A DNA stretch of 64,000 bases from an uncultured virus (IMG/VR IMGVR_UViG_3300037088_000381) (IMGVR_UViG_3300037088_000381); one strand, 5' to 3'. Counted from the first letter of the stretch, positions 40,448 through 49,895 are shown. Translations and numbers: made by a program. The notes: generated from the letters alone by a model not told the origin.

Positions 40448-42310
40448 ATGCTCTACAATGAACTCAACCTTATTAAGAAATTAATGGATGGGCCTCAATC
40501 TAAAGTTATAACCCTCCATCAATATTCTAAAGGTGCAGGGATACCTACCAACCCAAAGTTTGCCAAGACCACGGCCTGTCGCCTTATTAAAGTTATTAGG
40601 GATGAGCATGGACGATTAGCTTTCCAGTATGAAAGGCATCCAGCAGTATTGGATTCCTTTATGGATGCCTACTCACTCTTCTATAAGAACTGTCCGAGTG
40701 ATACAAAGGGTACACCTCATTATTACTTTGGAGATATATTCCTGGGAGTTAATATAAAATCCAGTAACGATCTCCTTAATAGGATCATACCTTTTTACTT
40801 TGAAGAAAAGTTTCCTTTGGTAACAGAATTCAATCAGCTTATCAGGGATGAGTTCCTTAATTTCTGGTCCTACGTAGAACAGATGTTTGACCAGATAAAT
40901 AAGAATCCTATGGCTGATGGCATGAAAGACTTGAAAAAATATACTGGTATGTTTATTCACTTTGACTTCAGCGATGTAGCCGAGAGTGAGCATTGGTATA
41001 ACCTAAAAAGTATCATTGAGTTTCTAGACTACCTTGAACTCGAAGGACTTAAAAGAAATACTAAAGGCAAAGCTGCCTTCGACTACATACCTGAAGTCTC
41101 AGGCTACTCACTTAATAAAGGCTTCTTTCATACCGTGACCTCTGGGGATGAGAAAAGCGATAACCAGTTCCCAGGATTCGACCTTACACAAAAATATAAA
41201 TCCTTTAGCCTTGCTGAAGATCAACTCCGTAGCATCTTCTATTACTCTAAAACTTTAAAGAGGTGTCAGATTGGAATACCTGATTCTGCTCCTTACTGTT
41301 TCCGATTAATTCCAGTAGGATCATATAGCACTCAAAGTGCTGTAGATTATATCGACCATATAAAGGAACTCAGAAGAGGTGTACCCGAAGATCAACTAAA
41401 CAAATTGGAAAAGTTAGAGGATCAAGTTGTAAGTGAAGATGAAGAACCAGAGGAACTCGGATCTAGTTGGGACCCAACTGAACTTATCGCACAAGCCGCA
41501 GAAAAATGTGCTAAGGAAATGATCTCCTTCGATCTTATTCTTCTAAGGCTTGGCACTAAAGGTCCAGATGTAAACGTCGGTGAAATAAATAACATGTCTC
41601 GAAGTTCTCTAAGGAAAAACTTATCAGTCATTAAAGAAAAGGTTAATCAAATAAAGGACAAAAGAAAAGCAAGGACATCAGTGACAAGAGCTTTCTTTAA
41701 TGTACACTACAAAGGAAAAAGAAAGGGAGAAGATAAATACCAAGTTAAATTTGCCCGTATGATGCTCAAGCTTTATAGAGGCTTGTACTTTGGAGACCCC
41801 GAGCTTGATAAGATATTTCTTGATAGGGTGCATAAAGATATAAGAGAGACAGGAATGAAAAATTATTACGGGCTCAAAACTTCATATAGCCTTCTTAAAC
41901 TATTATCAAATAAAGGAGATGAGATGACAAAGTCCCAAGAACTAAGTAAGAGTCTCGGGCGACACTTAGCCCAAATCATGTGGCCCCTATCTTTCGTTAT
42001 CGGACGAAGATCAAGGAGCTTTGAAAAAGCTCAGGTAGGTCAGATACGATACCGAGTAGGAACTCTTCCACAAGTAGTAAGGCTCCTGGGAGAGTATCGT
42101 GGTCGTATATCATTGCATGCAAATGAGAGCCTTGGAAAAGATACTGAAAGAGTTGTTGATGTTGGTAGAGCTGGAAGAGCTCTACACGATGCCAACAGCA
42201 CTATTGAAACCCTTGAAAAAGAAAACTGCAAGTACGATCGAGACCAGTTGGTGCTAGGGTTCTTCGATGAGTATGACTTACAATGTTACCTTGCTTCAAA
42301 ACCTAAATAA
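40448..42310 (+). CDS. cas8: Type I CRISPR large subunit (Cas8b-like)
   Basis: 620 aa immediately before cas7/cas5/cas3; NQFPGF...YKSF motif; helical C-terminus with an internal RBS. Assigned mainly by position. Confidence 0.75.
   Translation: MLYNELNLIKKLMDGPQSKVITLHQYSKGAGIPTNPKFAKTTACRLIKVIRDEHGRLAFQYERHPAVLDSFMDAYSLFYKNCPSDTKGTPHYYFGDIFLGVNIKSSNDLLNRIIPFYFEEKFPLVTEFNQLIRDEFLNFWSYVEQMFDQINKNPMADGMKDLKKYTGMFIHFDFSDVAESEHWYNLKSIIEFLDYLELEGLKRNTKGKAAFDYIPEVSGYSLNKGFFHTVTSGDEKSDNQFPGFDLTQKYKSFSLAEDQLRSIFYYSKTLKRCQIGIPDSAPYCFRLIPVGSYSTQSAVDYIDHIKELRRGVPEDQLNKLEKLEDQVVSEDEEPEELGSSWDPTELIAQAAEKCAKEMISFDLILLRLGTKGPDVNVGEINNMSRSSLRKNLSVIKEKVNQIKDKRKARTSVTRAFFNVHYKGKRKGEDKYQVKFARMMLKLYRGLYFGDPELDKIFLDRVHKDIRETGMKNYYGLKTSYSLLKLLSNKGDEMTKSQELSKSLGRHLAQIMWPLSFVIGRRSRSFEKAQVGQIRYRVGTLPQVVRLLGEYRGRISLHANESLGKDTERVVDVGRAGRALHDANSTIETLEKENCKYDRDQLVLGFFDEYDLQCYLASKPK
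41924..42310 (+). CDS. cas11: Internally translated Cas11 small subunit (predicted)
   Basis: In-frame ATG at 41924 preceded by AAAGGAG inside cas8; 128 aa. Confidence 0.65.
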   Translation: MTKSQELSKSLGRHLAQIMWPLSFVIGRRSRSFEKAQVGQIRYRVGTLPQVVRLLGEYRGRISLHANESLGKDTERVVDVGRAGRALHDANSTIETLEKENCKYDRDQLVLGFFDEYDLQCYLASKPK

Positions 42311-42341
42311 CATATAACAAATTTCAAAAGGAGTTTTCACT

Positions 42342-43319
42342 ATGACTAATTTAAAAGTAAGACGCTCACAGTTAATTTTTATCTATGACTCAATCTTCTG
42401 TGTACCAAACGGCGATCCCTATACAGGGGAACAACGTTATGATGAAGCCACTTCAAGACCCCTCATCTCGGATGTTCGAATCAAAAGATTTGAAAGGGAT
42501 TTCTTTTTGTTCTTAAATATGCTTGACTCAAAAAATAATTATGACATCTACATGCAAGATGTCGATAAGACTCTTTTGGAAAATGATGAAATCAAAGGAT
42601 CAGGCTCTGAAGCACGGCTTAAAATATTAGCAAAGAAGTACGGACTCCAAGCAGCAAAACCTGAAGAGGGTGCTAAGAAAGGTAAGAAGAGTCCGAAGTT
42701 CGATGTTGATACCCTAATGAAAAAGTGTATTGATGTCCGACTGTTCGGTGGTGTATCAACTGCCGAAAGTAACAACTCAAAATTTACCGGCCCAATTCAA
42801 TTCGAGAATCTGAATCCTGCTCTTAATAAATGTGAACTTCGACGACATCAAAACACAACGGTCTTTCAATCGAGCATGGAAAAAGATCAAGGCTCAATGG
42901 GCACAACCAGTCTTGTCCCTTTCTCATTGAATCAAATCATCGGATACATTAACCCTTTCCTTGCCATGAAAACGGATCTGACAGAAGCAGACATCTCATT
43001 ATTTCTGGATGCAATGTGGAAATCAATCAACATCTGCACATCCAGAAGTAAGATCGGCCAAACCTCCCGCTTGCTATTAAGGATCAACCTTGTAGATCCA
43101 ATGGCAAAGATTGCTGACCTCCATAATAAAATTCGTATCAATGAAGCAGAAAGCTTTGACCTTCGTAGCCTCTCCGACATTACCTGGGACTTCTCGGGAC
43201 TCGTAACCTTAATAGCTTCGGACAAAGTTAAGGACGTAGAGTATCGAGTTGAAGATGCACTGGCCGATATCTTTCACAATCAAACCAGCTCCGTGGCCTC
43301 GAAACTTGTAAAGTTTTAA
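42342..43319 (+). CDS. cas7: Cas7 (Csh2/Cas7b family)
   Basis: PNGDP...SDVRIKR..RD; DVRLFG; TGPIQF; SRSK.GQ..R.L. Confidence 0.92.
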   Translation: MTNLKVRRSQLIFIYDSIFCVPNGDPYTGEQRYDEATSRPLISDVRIKRFERDFFLFLNMLDSKNNYDIYMQDVDKTLLENDEIKGSGSEARLKILAKKYGLQAAKPEEGAKKGKKSPKFDVDTLMKKCIDVRLFGGVSTAESNNSKFTGPIQFENLNPALNKCELRRHQNTTVFQSSMEKDQGSMGTTSLVPFSLNQIIGYINPFLAMKTDLTEADISLFLDAMWKSINICTSRSKIGQTSRLLLRINLVDPMAKIADLHNKIRINEAESFDLRSLSDITWDFSGLVTLIASDKVKDVEYRVEDALADIFHNQTSSVASKLVKF

Positions 43320-43333
43320 GTTATACAAACTAC

Positions 43334-43365
43334 GAGTGATAGGGTAACTCCTATCACTCCTTTTT
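43334..43365 (+). terminator. Hairpin between cas7 and cas5
   Basis: GAGTGATAGG-GTAACT-CCTATCACTC followed by CTTTTT. Confidence 0.65.
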
Positions 43366-43378
43366 AAAAAGGATATAT

Positions 43379-44056
43379 ATGAAAGGTATTGTATTTAAAC
43401 TCACTGGGCAGTATGGGCATTTTAAGCAACCCCAAACAAACAATAACCCCTGTACCTTTGCTTACATGCATAAGGTTGCAATCATAGGGTTCCTCGGAGC
43501 CGTCACAGGGATTGAACGAGAATTGATGGCAGTTTTATATCCACAGTTATGTGAGGATTTAATTTGCTCCATTAAATTACTCACCCCGATTGTTAAAGAG
43601 CCCCATGCTTTTACAAAAAGAATAGTCATTGAAGAATTTTTCTATGGTCAAGGACGAAGGTTTTGCGAGTACCTTAAAGATCCAGGTTATGAAATCACCC
43701 TGGCACTTAAAGGTGAACGATCGAAACAACAGTTCGAAGATTTCTGTCACAACATAAAAAATGATCTGGCAGTCTACCCGACTTCTTTCGGAGTAGTTAA
43801 TTGCCCGGCATACTTCGAGTTCATTAAAGACGTAGAGGTTTCAAATGAGTTGAACGGGCCCTTTGAAACAGATTCAATCATATCAGACACTCATGTGTTA
43901 GCTGATAATGATTTTGTTTCCGAACGGGTTCCAACTAATGAACCTCAAAACATGTTACATGCTGACCATGTTCTAACGGTTTGTGTTCAAGGTACTACCG
44001 TATCAACCTCTGGCCCATACAGAAAGGTTGACGGTAAATCTGTATGGTTCATGTAA
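43379..44056 (+). CDS. cas5: Cas5 (Cas5h, I-B-like)
   Basis: VF.L.G.YGHFK.P.TN....TF......A..G.LGA..G; EYLKDP.Y; G...CPA. Confidence 0.9.
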   Translation: MKGIVFKLTGQYGHFKQPQTNNNPCTFAYMHKVAIIGFLGAVTGIERELMAVLYPQLCEDLICSIKLLTPIVKEPHAFTKRIVIEEFFYGQGRRFCEYLKDPGYEITLALKGERSKQQFEDFCHNIKNDLAVYPTSFGVVNCPAYFEFIKDVEVSNELNGPFETDSIISDTHVLADNDFVSERVPTNEPQNMLHADHVLTVCVQGTTVSTSGPYRKVDGKSVWFM

Positions 44057-44072
44057 AAGGAAAGAGGTAAAC

Positions 44073-46622
44073 ATGATGGTATCTAAATACGTTAAAGAAC
44101 TTAAGTCCCATCCCCGTAAGACTCTTATCTGTCACATTACAGGGGTTCAGGATTGGGGTCTTAGGATCTATGATGATTACAGAGTTAGAACCTCTGCACT
44201 CTTTCACGATGTAGCTAAGATAACAAAAAACTTTCAAGATAAATTAGCTGGCAAAGATGTGAAAGATCTTTATACCAATCATGCTTACCTCTCTTTTTAT
44301 ACCATGCTTAACTATGTAGCTCAGCATGGATTCAAACCAGGCATAATCGAAAACAAAAAAGATCTTATCCTTATAGGAGCTTGTATCCTTAAACACCATG
44401 GAGGACTACCTAACCTTCATGAGATCATTAACGTAGAAGAATGGGATAGGATGAAAGCCTTCCTTGCAACAAACCCCTATCTTCCAACCGATGAGTTTAT
44501 GAATGCCGTTAAGTTAGAAAAAGAAGATATACATTTCTCTTTAAAGGACATAGCCCTATCCAGAATACACAGCGGCCAAAAAGCTTTATTCTCCCCAATA
44601 GGTTTAAGAAAAGCAATAGCCGATCCCCAGGCCCCAGGGATTAATGAACTTCAATTCTTTATAGACTTGAGATTATGTTTCTCAGCAATCGTTGCAGCTG
44701 ATAAAGGGGATGCAGGTAATCAAAAGATCTCAGATGATACTTATAAAGAAATGTCTAAGGTATACCAATCCAGAATTTGTACATACTTAAATGGCTTTAA
44801 CAATAAAACTATAACAGACTTAAACAAAGTCCGTACTGAAATCAGAACGACTTGTGTTAATAACCTATGTAGCACAATGAAAACTAATCCTGGGCAGCAT
44901 GTCTTCTCCCTTACCGAACCTACCGGGTCAGGTAAGACTGCGATCCTTCTTACTCTGGCGAATGAGATAATGAAAGAGAAGAAGGTAAACAAATGTGTAT
45001 ACAGCATTCCTTTCTTATCTATAACCGAGCAAGTATATGGGATCATAGAAGGTATCTTTGATAAGGAACAAGGATGTATTAAAAGAATGGATTGTAAAGC
45101 CCAGCCTGAGTTCGATGCCTCCGAGATTGGTGAGAACTATGGCGAAGAGAACATGCTTAAGAAATTAATGTCTGCCTTACGAAAGGCTCTTAAAGGTCAA
45201 ACAATAAGAGAGGAAGCCGTTGAGGATGTTCTAAGAACGGATTACTTAGAGTCTACTTTTAATTACCCACTTATCGTAACAACGTTTGTTCAGTTCTTTC
45301 AATCATTCACTACATCAACTAACAAAGGCTTGATGAGGTTTGCTTCTCTTCAAAATTCTGTGTTCTTAATTGATGAGATTCAAGCAATGCCTTCAAGGTT
45401 ATATTCATTCTTTGTGGCTCTGCTTGATGAGTTCTGCCGTAAGTGTAATAGCTATGCTATCATATCTACAGCAACAATGCCATGCTTTAAAATTCCTATC
45501 AATGCTCCAGAAGCTAAGTTGATGTTTAAAAATTATCAGATTCCAATTGAGATAGGGGATCTAAATCATTTCGCTTATGATGTCTTCAACCGTTATGAGC
45601 TTCATGTGGATAAGGGTTCAATTGATATAGATGAGTTAGTTCTTCGAGTAAGAAAAGAAACTGAAGCAACCCTTGTTGTTCTTAACACCGTTAATGATTC
45701 TCGTGAAGTGTATGATAAACTTAAAGTCTCTGTAGACTGTCCTGTAAAATTAATGAACTCAAACTTTCATGCCCAAGACCGCAGAGTTATACTTAAACAA
45801 TGTCAGGATATGTTAGATGCTGGAACAAAATTTTTCTTTGTCACGACCCAGTTAATTGAAGCTGGTGTAGACATAGACTTTCCGATAGTCTATCGAGACA
45901 TCGCTCCACTACCTAATCTTATTCAAACGGCAGGGCGCTGTAATAGAGAAGGGCGCTTAAGGTATACAGACGGGAGTCGACGACGGGGTATCGTACATAT
46001 CTTTATGCTCAAGGATGAATCTCAACCAGTACTAAGAGCTCAGTATATTTATAATGGTCTTGATGCTCCTTTTCTTGATTATGCCATTCGTGTTTTGGTT
46101 AACGTTCCTCAAGTAATCTTTGAAGAAAAAAATCTTCTCAAACTTCAACAGGATTACTTTACTTACATGGCTCAGTCTCTAAAATTCGGGGCCTGGGAAA
46201 AGAGTTATGAAAGATGTAACTTCATTCAGCAGATACAAAATTTTAGGTTCAAAGATATTGGAGCATACACAGTCATACCTGCAACGGCATACGGAGCCCA
46301 GGAAAGATTTTATGTTCCAATAGATGAGCATGATAGATCATTCGAAAAGTTATATGAGTTAATGGCCGAAAAAGAAAACATAGATCAAGCAGGAAACCAA
46401 AACAATAAAGATAATCTTAGGGAGATAATTTTTAGGGGCACACAACTACATGTTCATCTAAAGAAAATGATGGATAGAGTTGTGCAGGTAAATATTAAAG
46501 AGGAAGAAGTTAAGAACTTAGTTGAGTATGAAGCAGCAACCTGTTATATGTATAAACTAAAACCTGGATATTATACTCAGGGTCCTGAAGGGCATAGTGA
46601 GTATGGATTCCAAAAGGAGTGA
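44073..46622 (+). CDS. cas3: Cas3 HD nuclease/SF2 helicase
   Basis: FHDVAK and HHG (HD domain); PTGSGKT, IDEIQ, STAT, TQLIEAGVDIDF, QTAGRCNR. Confidence 0.95.
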   Translation: MMVSKYVKELKSHPRKTLICHITGVQDWGLRIYDDYRVRTSALFHDVAKITKNFQDKLAGKDVKDLYTNHAYLSFYTMLNYVAQHGFKPGIIENKKDLILIGACILKHHGGLPNLHEIINVEEWDRMKAFLATNPYLPTDEFMNAVKLEKEDIHFSLKDIALSRIHSGQKALFSPIGLRKAIADPQAPGINELQFFIDLRLCFSAIVAADKGDAGNQKISDDTYKEMSKVYQSRICTYLNGFNNKTITDLNKVRTEIRTTCVNNLCSTMKTNPGQHVFSLTEPTGSGKTAILLTLANEIMKEKKVNKCVYSIPFLSITEQVYGIIEGIFDKEQGCIKRMDCKAQPEFDASEIGENYGEENMLKKLMSALRKALKGQTIREEAVEDVLRTDYLESTFNYPLIVTTFVQFFQSFTTSTNKGLMRFASLQNSVFLIDEIQAMPSRLYSFFVALLDEFCRKCNSYAIISTATMPCFKIPINAPEAKLMFKNYQIPIEIGDLNHFAYDVFNRYELHVDKGSIDIDELVLRVRKETEATLVVLNTVNDSREVYDKLKVSVDCPVKLMNSNFHAQDRRVILKQCQDMLDAGTKFFFVTTQLIEAGVDIDFPIVYRDIAPLPNLIQTAGRCNREGRLRYTDGSRRRGIVHIFMLKDESQPVLRAQYIYNGLDAPFLDYAIRVLVNVPQVIFEEKNLLKLQQDYFTYMAQSLKFGAWEKSYERCNFIQQIQNFRFKDIGAYTVIPATAYGAQERFYVPIDEHDRSFEKLYELMAEKENIDQAGNQNNKDNLREIIFRGTQLHVHLKKMMDRVVQVNIKEEEVKNLVEYEAATCYMYKLKPGYYTQGPEGHSEYGFQKE

Positions 46623-47170
46623 CAATGTATAAGTTTATTACCAATCAAATTAAATTCAGTAGTGAAGACGGGCACATACGGCATCAAGAAATCCAGAAAC
46701 ACTTTCCTTATGGAAGTGATGTTCGATTCCGTGCTTATCCAGATAAGGTTATCATATGCAGTTCCAATCTTCCCGTTACTGGAATCTCTTGTGATATGGT
46801 TGTTCTACAACCGTATAATATAGGAGACCAGTTGAAGTTTAATATATTAGCCAATGCTACCTACACTGTGAATGATAACATCCTCCCTGTCCTGGGGATT
46901 AAAAACCTTGTAGGATGGTTTCAAGACCAGGCATCAAAGCACGGCTTTGATATTAAAGCATGGGAGAAAATAATTTCCCTGGGGTTTGTAAAAGCAACTA
47001 AAGAAGATCAGATAAGGACTCATAACTCGGTTGAGTTCCAAGGGAAGTTAAAAGTTATGGATGCCAATAAGTTTAATAAGACTATCGGAAGTATAAAGTC
47101 AGATCATTATGGGATAGGTCGAGCTAAGTATTGTGGCTTCGGTATCCTGGAGGTAGACAATGTATCTTGA
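46619..47170 (+). CDS. cas6e: Cas6e (I-E type), short
   Basis: GDQLKF...AN.T; WF...A..HGF; V.FQG.L.V.D...F; GIGRAKYCGFGIL Gly-rich loop. Confidence 0.85.
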   Translation: MTMYKFITNQIKFSSEDGHIRHQEIQKHFPYGSDVRFRAYPDKVIICSSNLPVTGISCDMVVLQPYNIGDQLKFNILANATYTVNDNILPVLGIKNLVGWFQDQASKHGFDIKAWEKIISLGFVKATKEDQIRTHNSVEFQGKLKVMDANKFNKTIGSIKSDHYGIGRAKYCGFGILEVDNVS

Positions 47171-48005
47171 TCTCGAGTGTAAACTACCGCATGCTTACAT
47201 GGAAATGGGAAGACTCTGTGTGAAAGGGGCTTCCCTTCACTATGTAAATGAAACAACAGACATAGTTATTCCTGTGGGAAGAATTGAAAGTTTATTTATT
47301 GGCCCAGGAGCTACTATAACACATAGTGCAATTAAATTATGTTCATGGGCTAATTGTACAGTGGTATGGGTAGGAGAAGACATATCAAAATGTTATGCTG
47401 TATCTTCCTGTAACTCAAGATCATCGAAGAATTTAATAAAACAAATTTATTTATACGAGCATAAGAAGTCTCTTCTAATTAAACGTTATTGTATGAAGAG
47501 ATTTGGAAGAAAAGTTTTCTTGGGTAAAATAGATGAAGATAAAATAAGAGGGCTAGAAGGCAGCTATATGAAAAAGATTTATATAGAGTGTGCGAAAAAA
47601 TACGGTATCCCTTGGAATGGGAGAGTTAAGCACGGAGAATGGGATAAGCAGACTTTATATAACAAGTCTATTTCAATATGTAACTCTTATCTATATGGGA
47701 TATGTTGTGCTGTCCTCAATACTTTAGGGTACTCTACAGCTCTCGGATTGTTACATAAAGGAGACATGTTATCTCTAGTTTTTGATATTGCAGATCTTTA
47801 TAAAATAAATTTCTCTCTTCCTTTAGGTTTTGAAATAGCTTGTGATTATAAGGATAAAAAAATTCCAGATCAAGAAGTAGAAAAAGAATTAAGGCACAGA
47901 ACCTTACAAAAGTTTCAAGACTGTAAACTTCTAACACTTATCTTAACAGACTTAGAAGATATTTTTAATGATAGCAATATGTGTAGTGAAAAACATAACG
48001 AATAA
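47160..48005 (+). CDS. cas1: Cas1, I-E type
   Basis: IPVG....L.IGPGATITH.A; VWVGE; RGLEG; YG..W.GR; LGY...LG..H.G...S.VFDIADLYK. Confidence 0.93.
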   Translation: MYLDLECKLPHAYMEMGRLCVKGASLHYVNETTDIVIPVGRIESLFIGPGATITHSAIKLCSWANCTVVWVGEDISKCYAVSSCNSRSSKNLIKQIYLYEHKKSLLIKRYCMKRFGRKVFLGKIDEDKIRGLEGSYMKKIYIECAKKYGIPWNGRVKHGEWDKQTLYNKSISICNSYLYGICCAVLNTLGYSTALGLLHKGDMLSLVFDIADLYKINFSLPLGFEIACDYKDKKIPDQEVEKELRHRTLQKFQDCKLLTLILTDLEDIFNDSNMCSEKHNE

Positions 48006-48240
48006 AACAAAACTTATCTTGGCAGCATATCTATATGAAATACAAGTTAATGTTTTTGTTGGTACAATTAATTTTAAACTATCTGAAGAAATTTTAGTTT
48101 ACCTTAAAGAAAAAACAAAAGGTCGAGAACAATCTGTTTTCATAAAGGAGTGTAAGAAAACATATGAAGGATTTGACGTTCAATATATTAACTGTCCAAA
48201 AAGATATATTGATTTTGACGGGCTAAAATTTTTTAAATGA
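47968..48240 (+). CDS. cas2: Cas2, I-E type
   Basis: L..YL.E....VFVG; EGF.......R..DFDGL. Confidence 0.88.
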   Translation: MIAICVVKNITNKTKLILAAYLYEIQVNVFVGTINFKLSEEILVYLKEKTKGREQSVFIKECKKTYEGFDVQYINCPKRYIDFDGLKFFK

Positions 48241-48277
48241 CTTAAGTATTTAATATCACTTGTTTTAAGTGCTTAGG

Positions 48278-49895
48278 GTCTTCCCCGCTTATGCGGGGAT
48301 TGAATAAAGACAGCCTTCCAATTTTAGCTGTTCTTTAATGTCTTCCCCGCTTATGCGGGGATTGAATATCGATAGGTAAAACTGCAGTATCTTGATCTAG
48401 TCTTCCCCGCTTATGCGGGGATTGAATATAAGGCACCTCCATAATAATGTGATTTTTGTGTCTTCCCCGCTTATGCGGGGATTGAATAATCGATCTGTTG
48501 TCGATAGGCTTATATCGTTTGTCTTCCCCGCTTATGCGGGGATTGAATGGAAGAGGGAGGAGACGACATCGAGACTTATTTGTCTTCCCCGCTTATGCGG
48601 GGATTGAATTGGTTCCTTATCCCTGTTGCATAGAGAAGCTCAGTCTTCCCCGCTTATGCGGGGATTGAATAGACGGGGAAGGAGGGTACTTATTTGACAA
48701 GTCGTCTTCCCCGCTTATGCGGGGATTGAATAATGGTATCAGGAACAGGATATCGTTTAGAGACTATGTCTTCCCCGCTTATGCGGGGATTGAATTCTAC
48801 TTTTAATCTCATTAACCAAATCCAGAAGTCTTCCCCGCTTATGCGGGGATTGAATTTTAGCGTAATGACCAGCCCAGATCAGAGAACAGTCTTCCCCGCT
48901 TATGCGGGGATTGAATCTATAGGCAGGTGGCCTTGTCCGCCTCTCCTGCTGTCTTCCCCGCTTATGCGGGGATTGAATTCAACTACTCGGAAATGCGGCA
49001 TTAGGAAAATTGTCTTCCCCGCTTATGCGGGGATTGAATAAACCGCATAAGGAAGATCATCAAATAAAGCCTGTCTTCCCCGCTTATGCGGGGATTGAAT
49101 AGGGATTGAATATAAACGGCTCGATGAAATCTATGTAGTTCATGTCTTCCCCGCTTATGCGGGGATTGAATGGCGTGTGAGGTGCTAAATCAATCTGCAT
49201 AATGTCTTCCCCGCTTATGCGGGGATTGAATTGCTCGCAATGCCTTGAGATTGTCAATCATCCGTCTTCCCCGCTTATGCGGGGATTGAATATTTCTTTT
49301 ATCATTTCGGATAAGGGGTAATGTCTTCCCCGCTTATGCGGGGATTGAATCTATAGGCAGGTGGCCTTGTCCGCCTCTCCTGCGTCTTCCCCGCTTATGC
49401 GGGGATTGAATTCGATCGTGATCGTCAAGCTTGTTTTCTATCAGTCTTCCCCGCTTATGCGGGGATTGAATAGTTGTGTCCAAGTAAGAGCTAACTGGGT
49501 GTCTGTCTTCCCCGCTTATGCGGGGATTGAATTGTATAAATGTCCTCCTGCATTATTTCTAAACCGTCTTTCCCGCTTATAAGCGGGATTGAATAATCGG
49601 CTTTAGAAATGTCCGCGATGGTTCAGGAGTCTTCCCCATAAGCGGGGATTGAATGCATGATTTACATCGCATTATCACATCGTAGCCGTATTCCCCATAG
49701 TGGGATTGAATATTTAGGGCTGAATCAAAATGCCCATACCCATTATCTTCCCTATGTAAATGGGATTGAATTTCAAGAAGTGAGTCAATGTCTTGCTGAA
49801 CGTTACTATCTTCCTATCAATAACGGGATTGAATTTTAAAAGGTTTATTGTCTGACTTAAGATCGATGGCTTCCCATTAAGTTATGGGATTGAAC
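48278..49895 (+). CRISPR. CRISPR array with 27 repeats (21 identical 28-bp GTCTTCCCCGCTTATGCGGGGATTGAAT plus 6 degenerate distal repeats) and 26 spacers, mostly 32-33 bp
   Basis: Read directly from the sequence; degeneration at the cas-distal end fixes the orientation. Confidence 0.98.

Noticed and set aside
331..47937. Numerous minus-strand ORFs (e.g. 331..663, 1585..1992, 18026..18433, 26973..27527, 39031..39417)
   Set aside because: They overlap better-supported plus-strand genes, lack an RBS and show antisense-like composition
48413..49839. ORFs 48413..48607, 48733..49041, 49361..49582 and 49657..49839
   Set aside because: They are translations of CRISPR repeats (SSPLMRGLN, VFPAYAGIE), not genes
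48306..49867. Self-targeting spacers within this window
   Set aside because: No match noticed by eye; an exhaustive alignment was not possible, so this is unconfirmed rather than excluded
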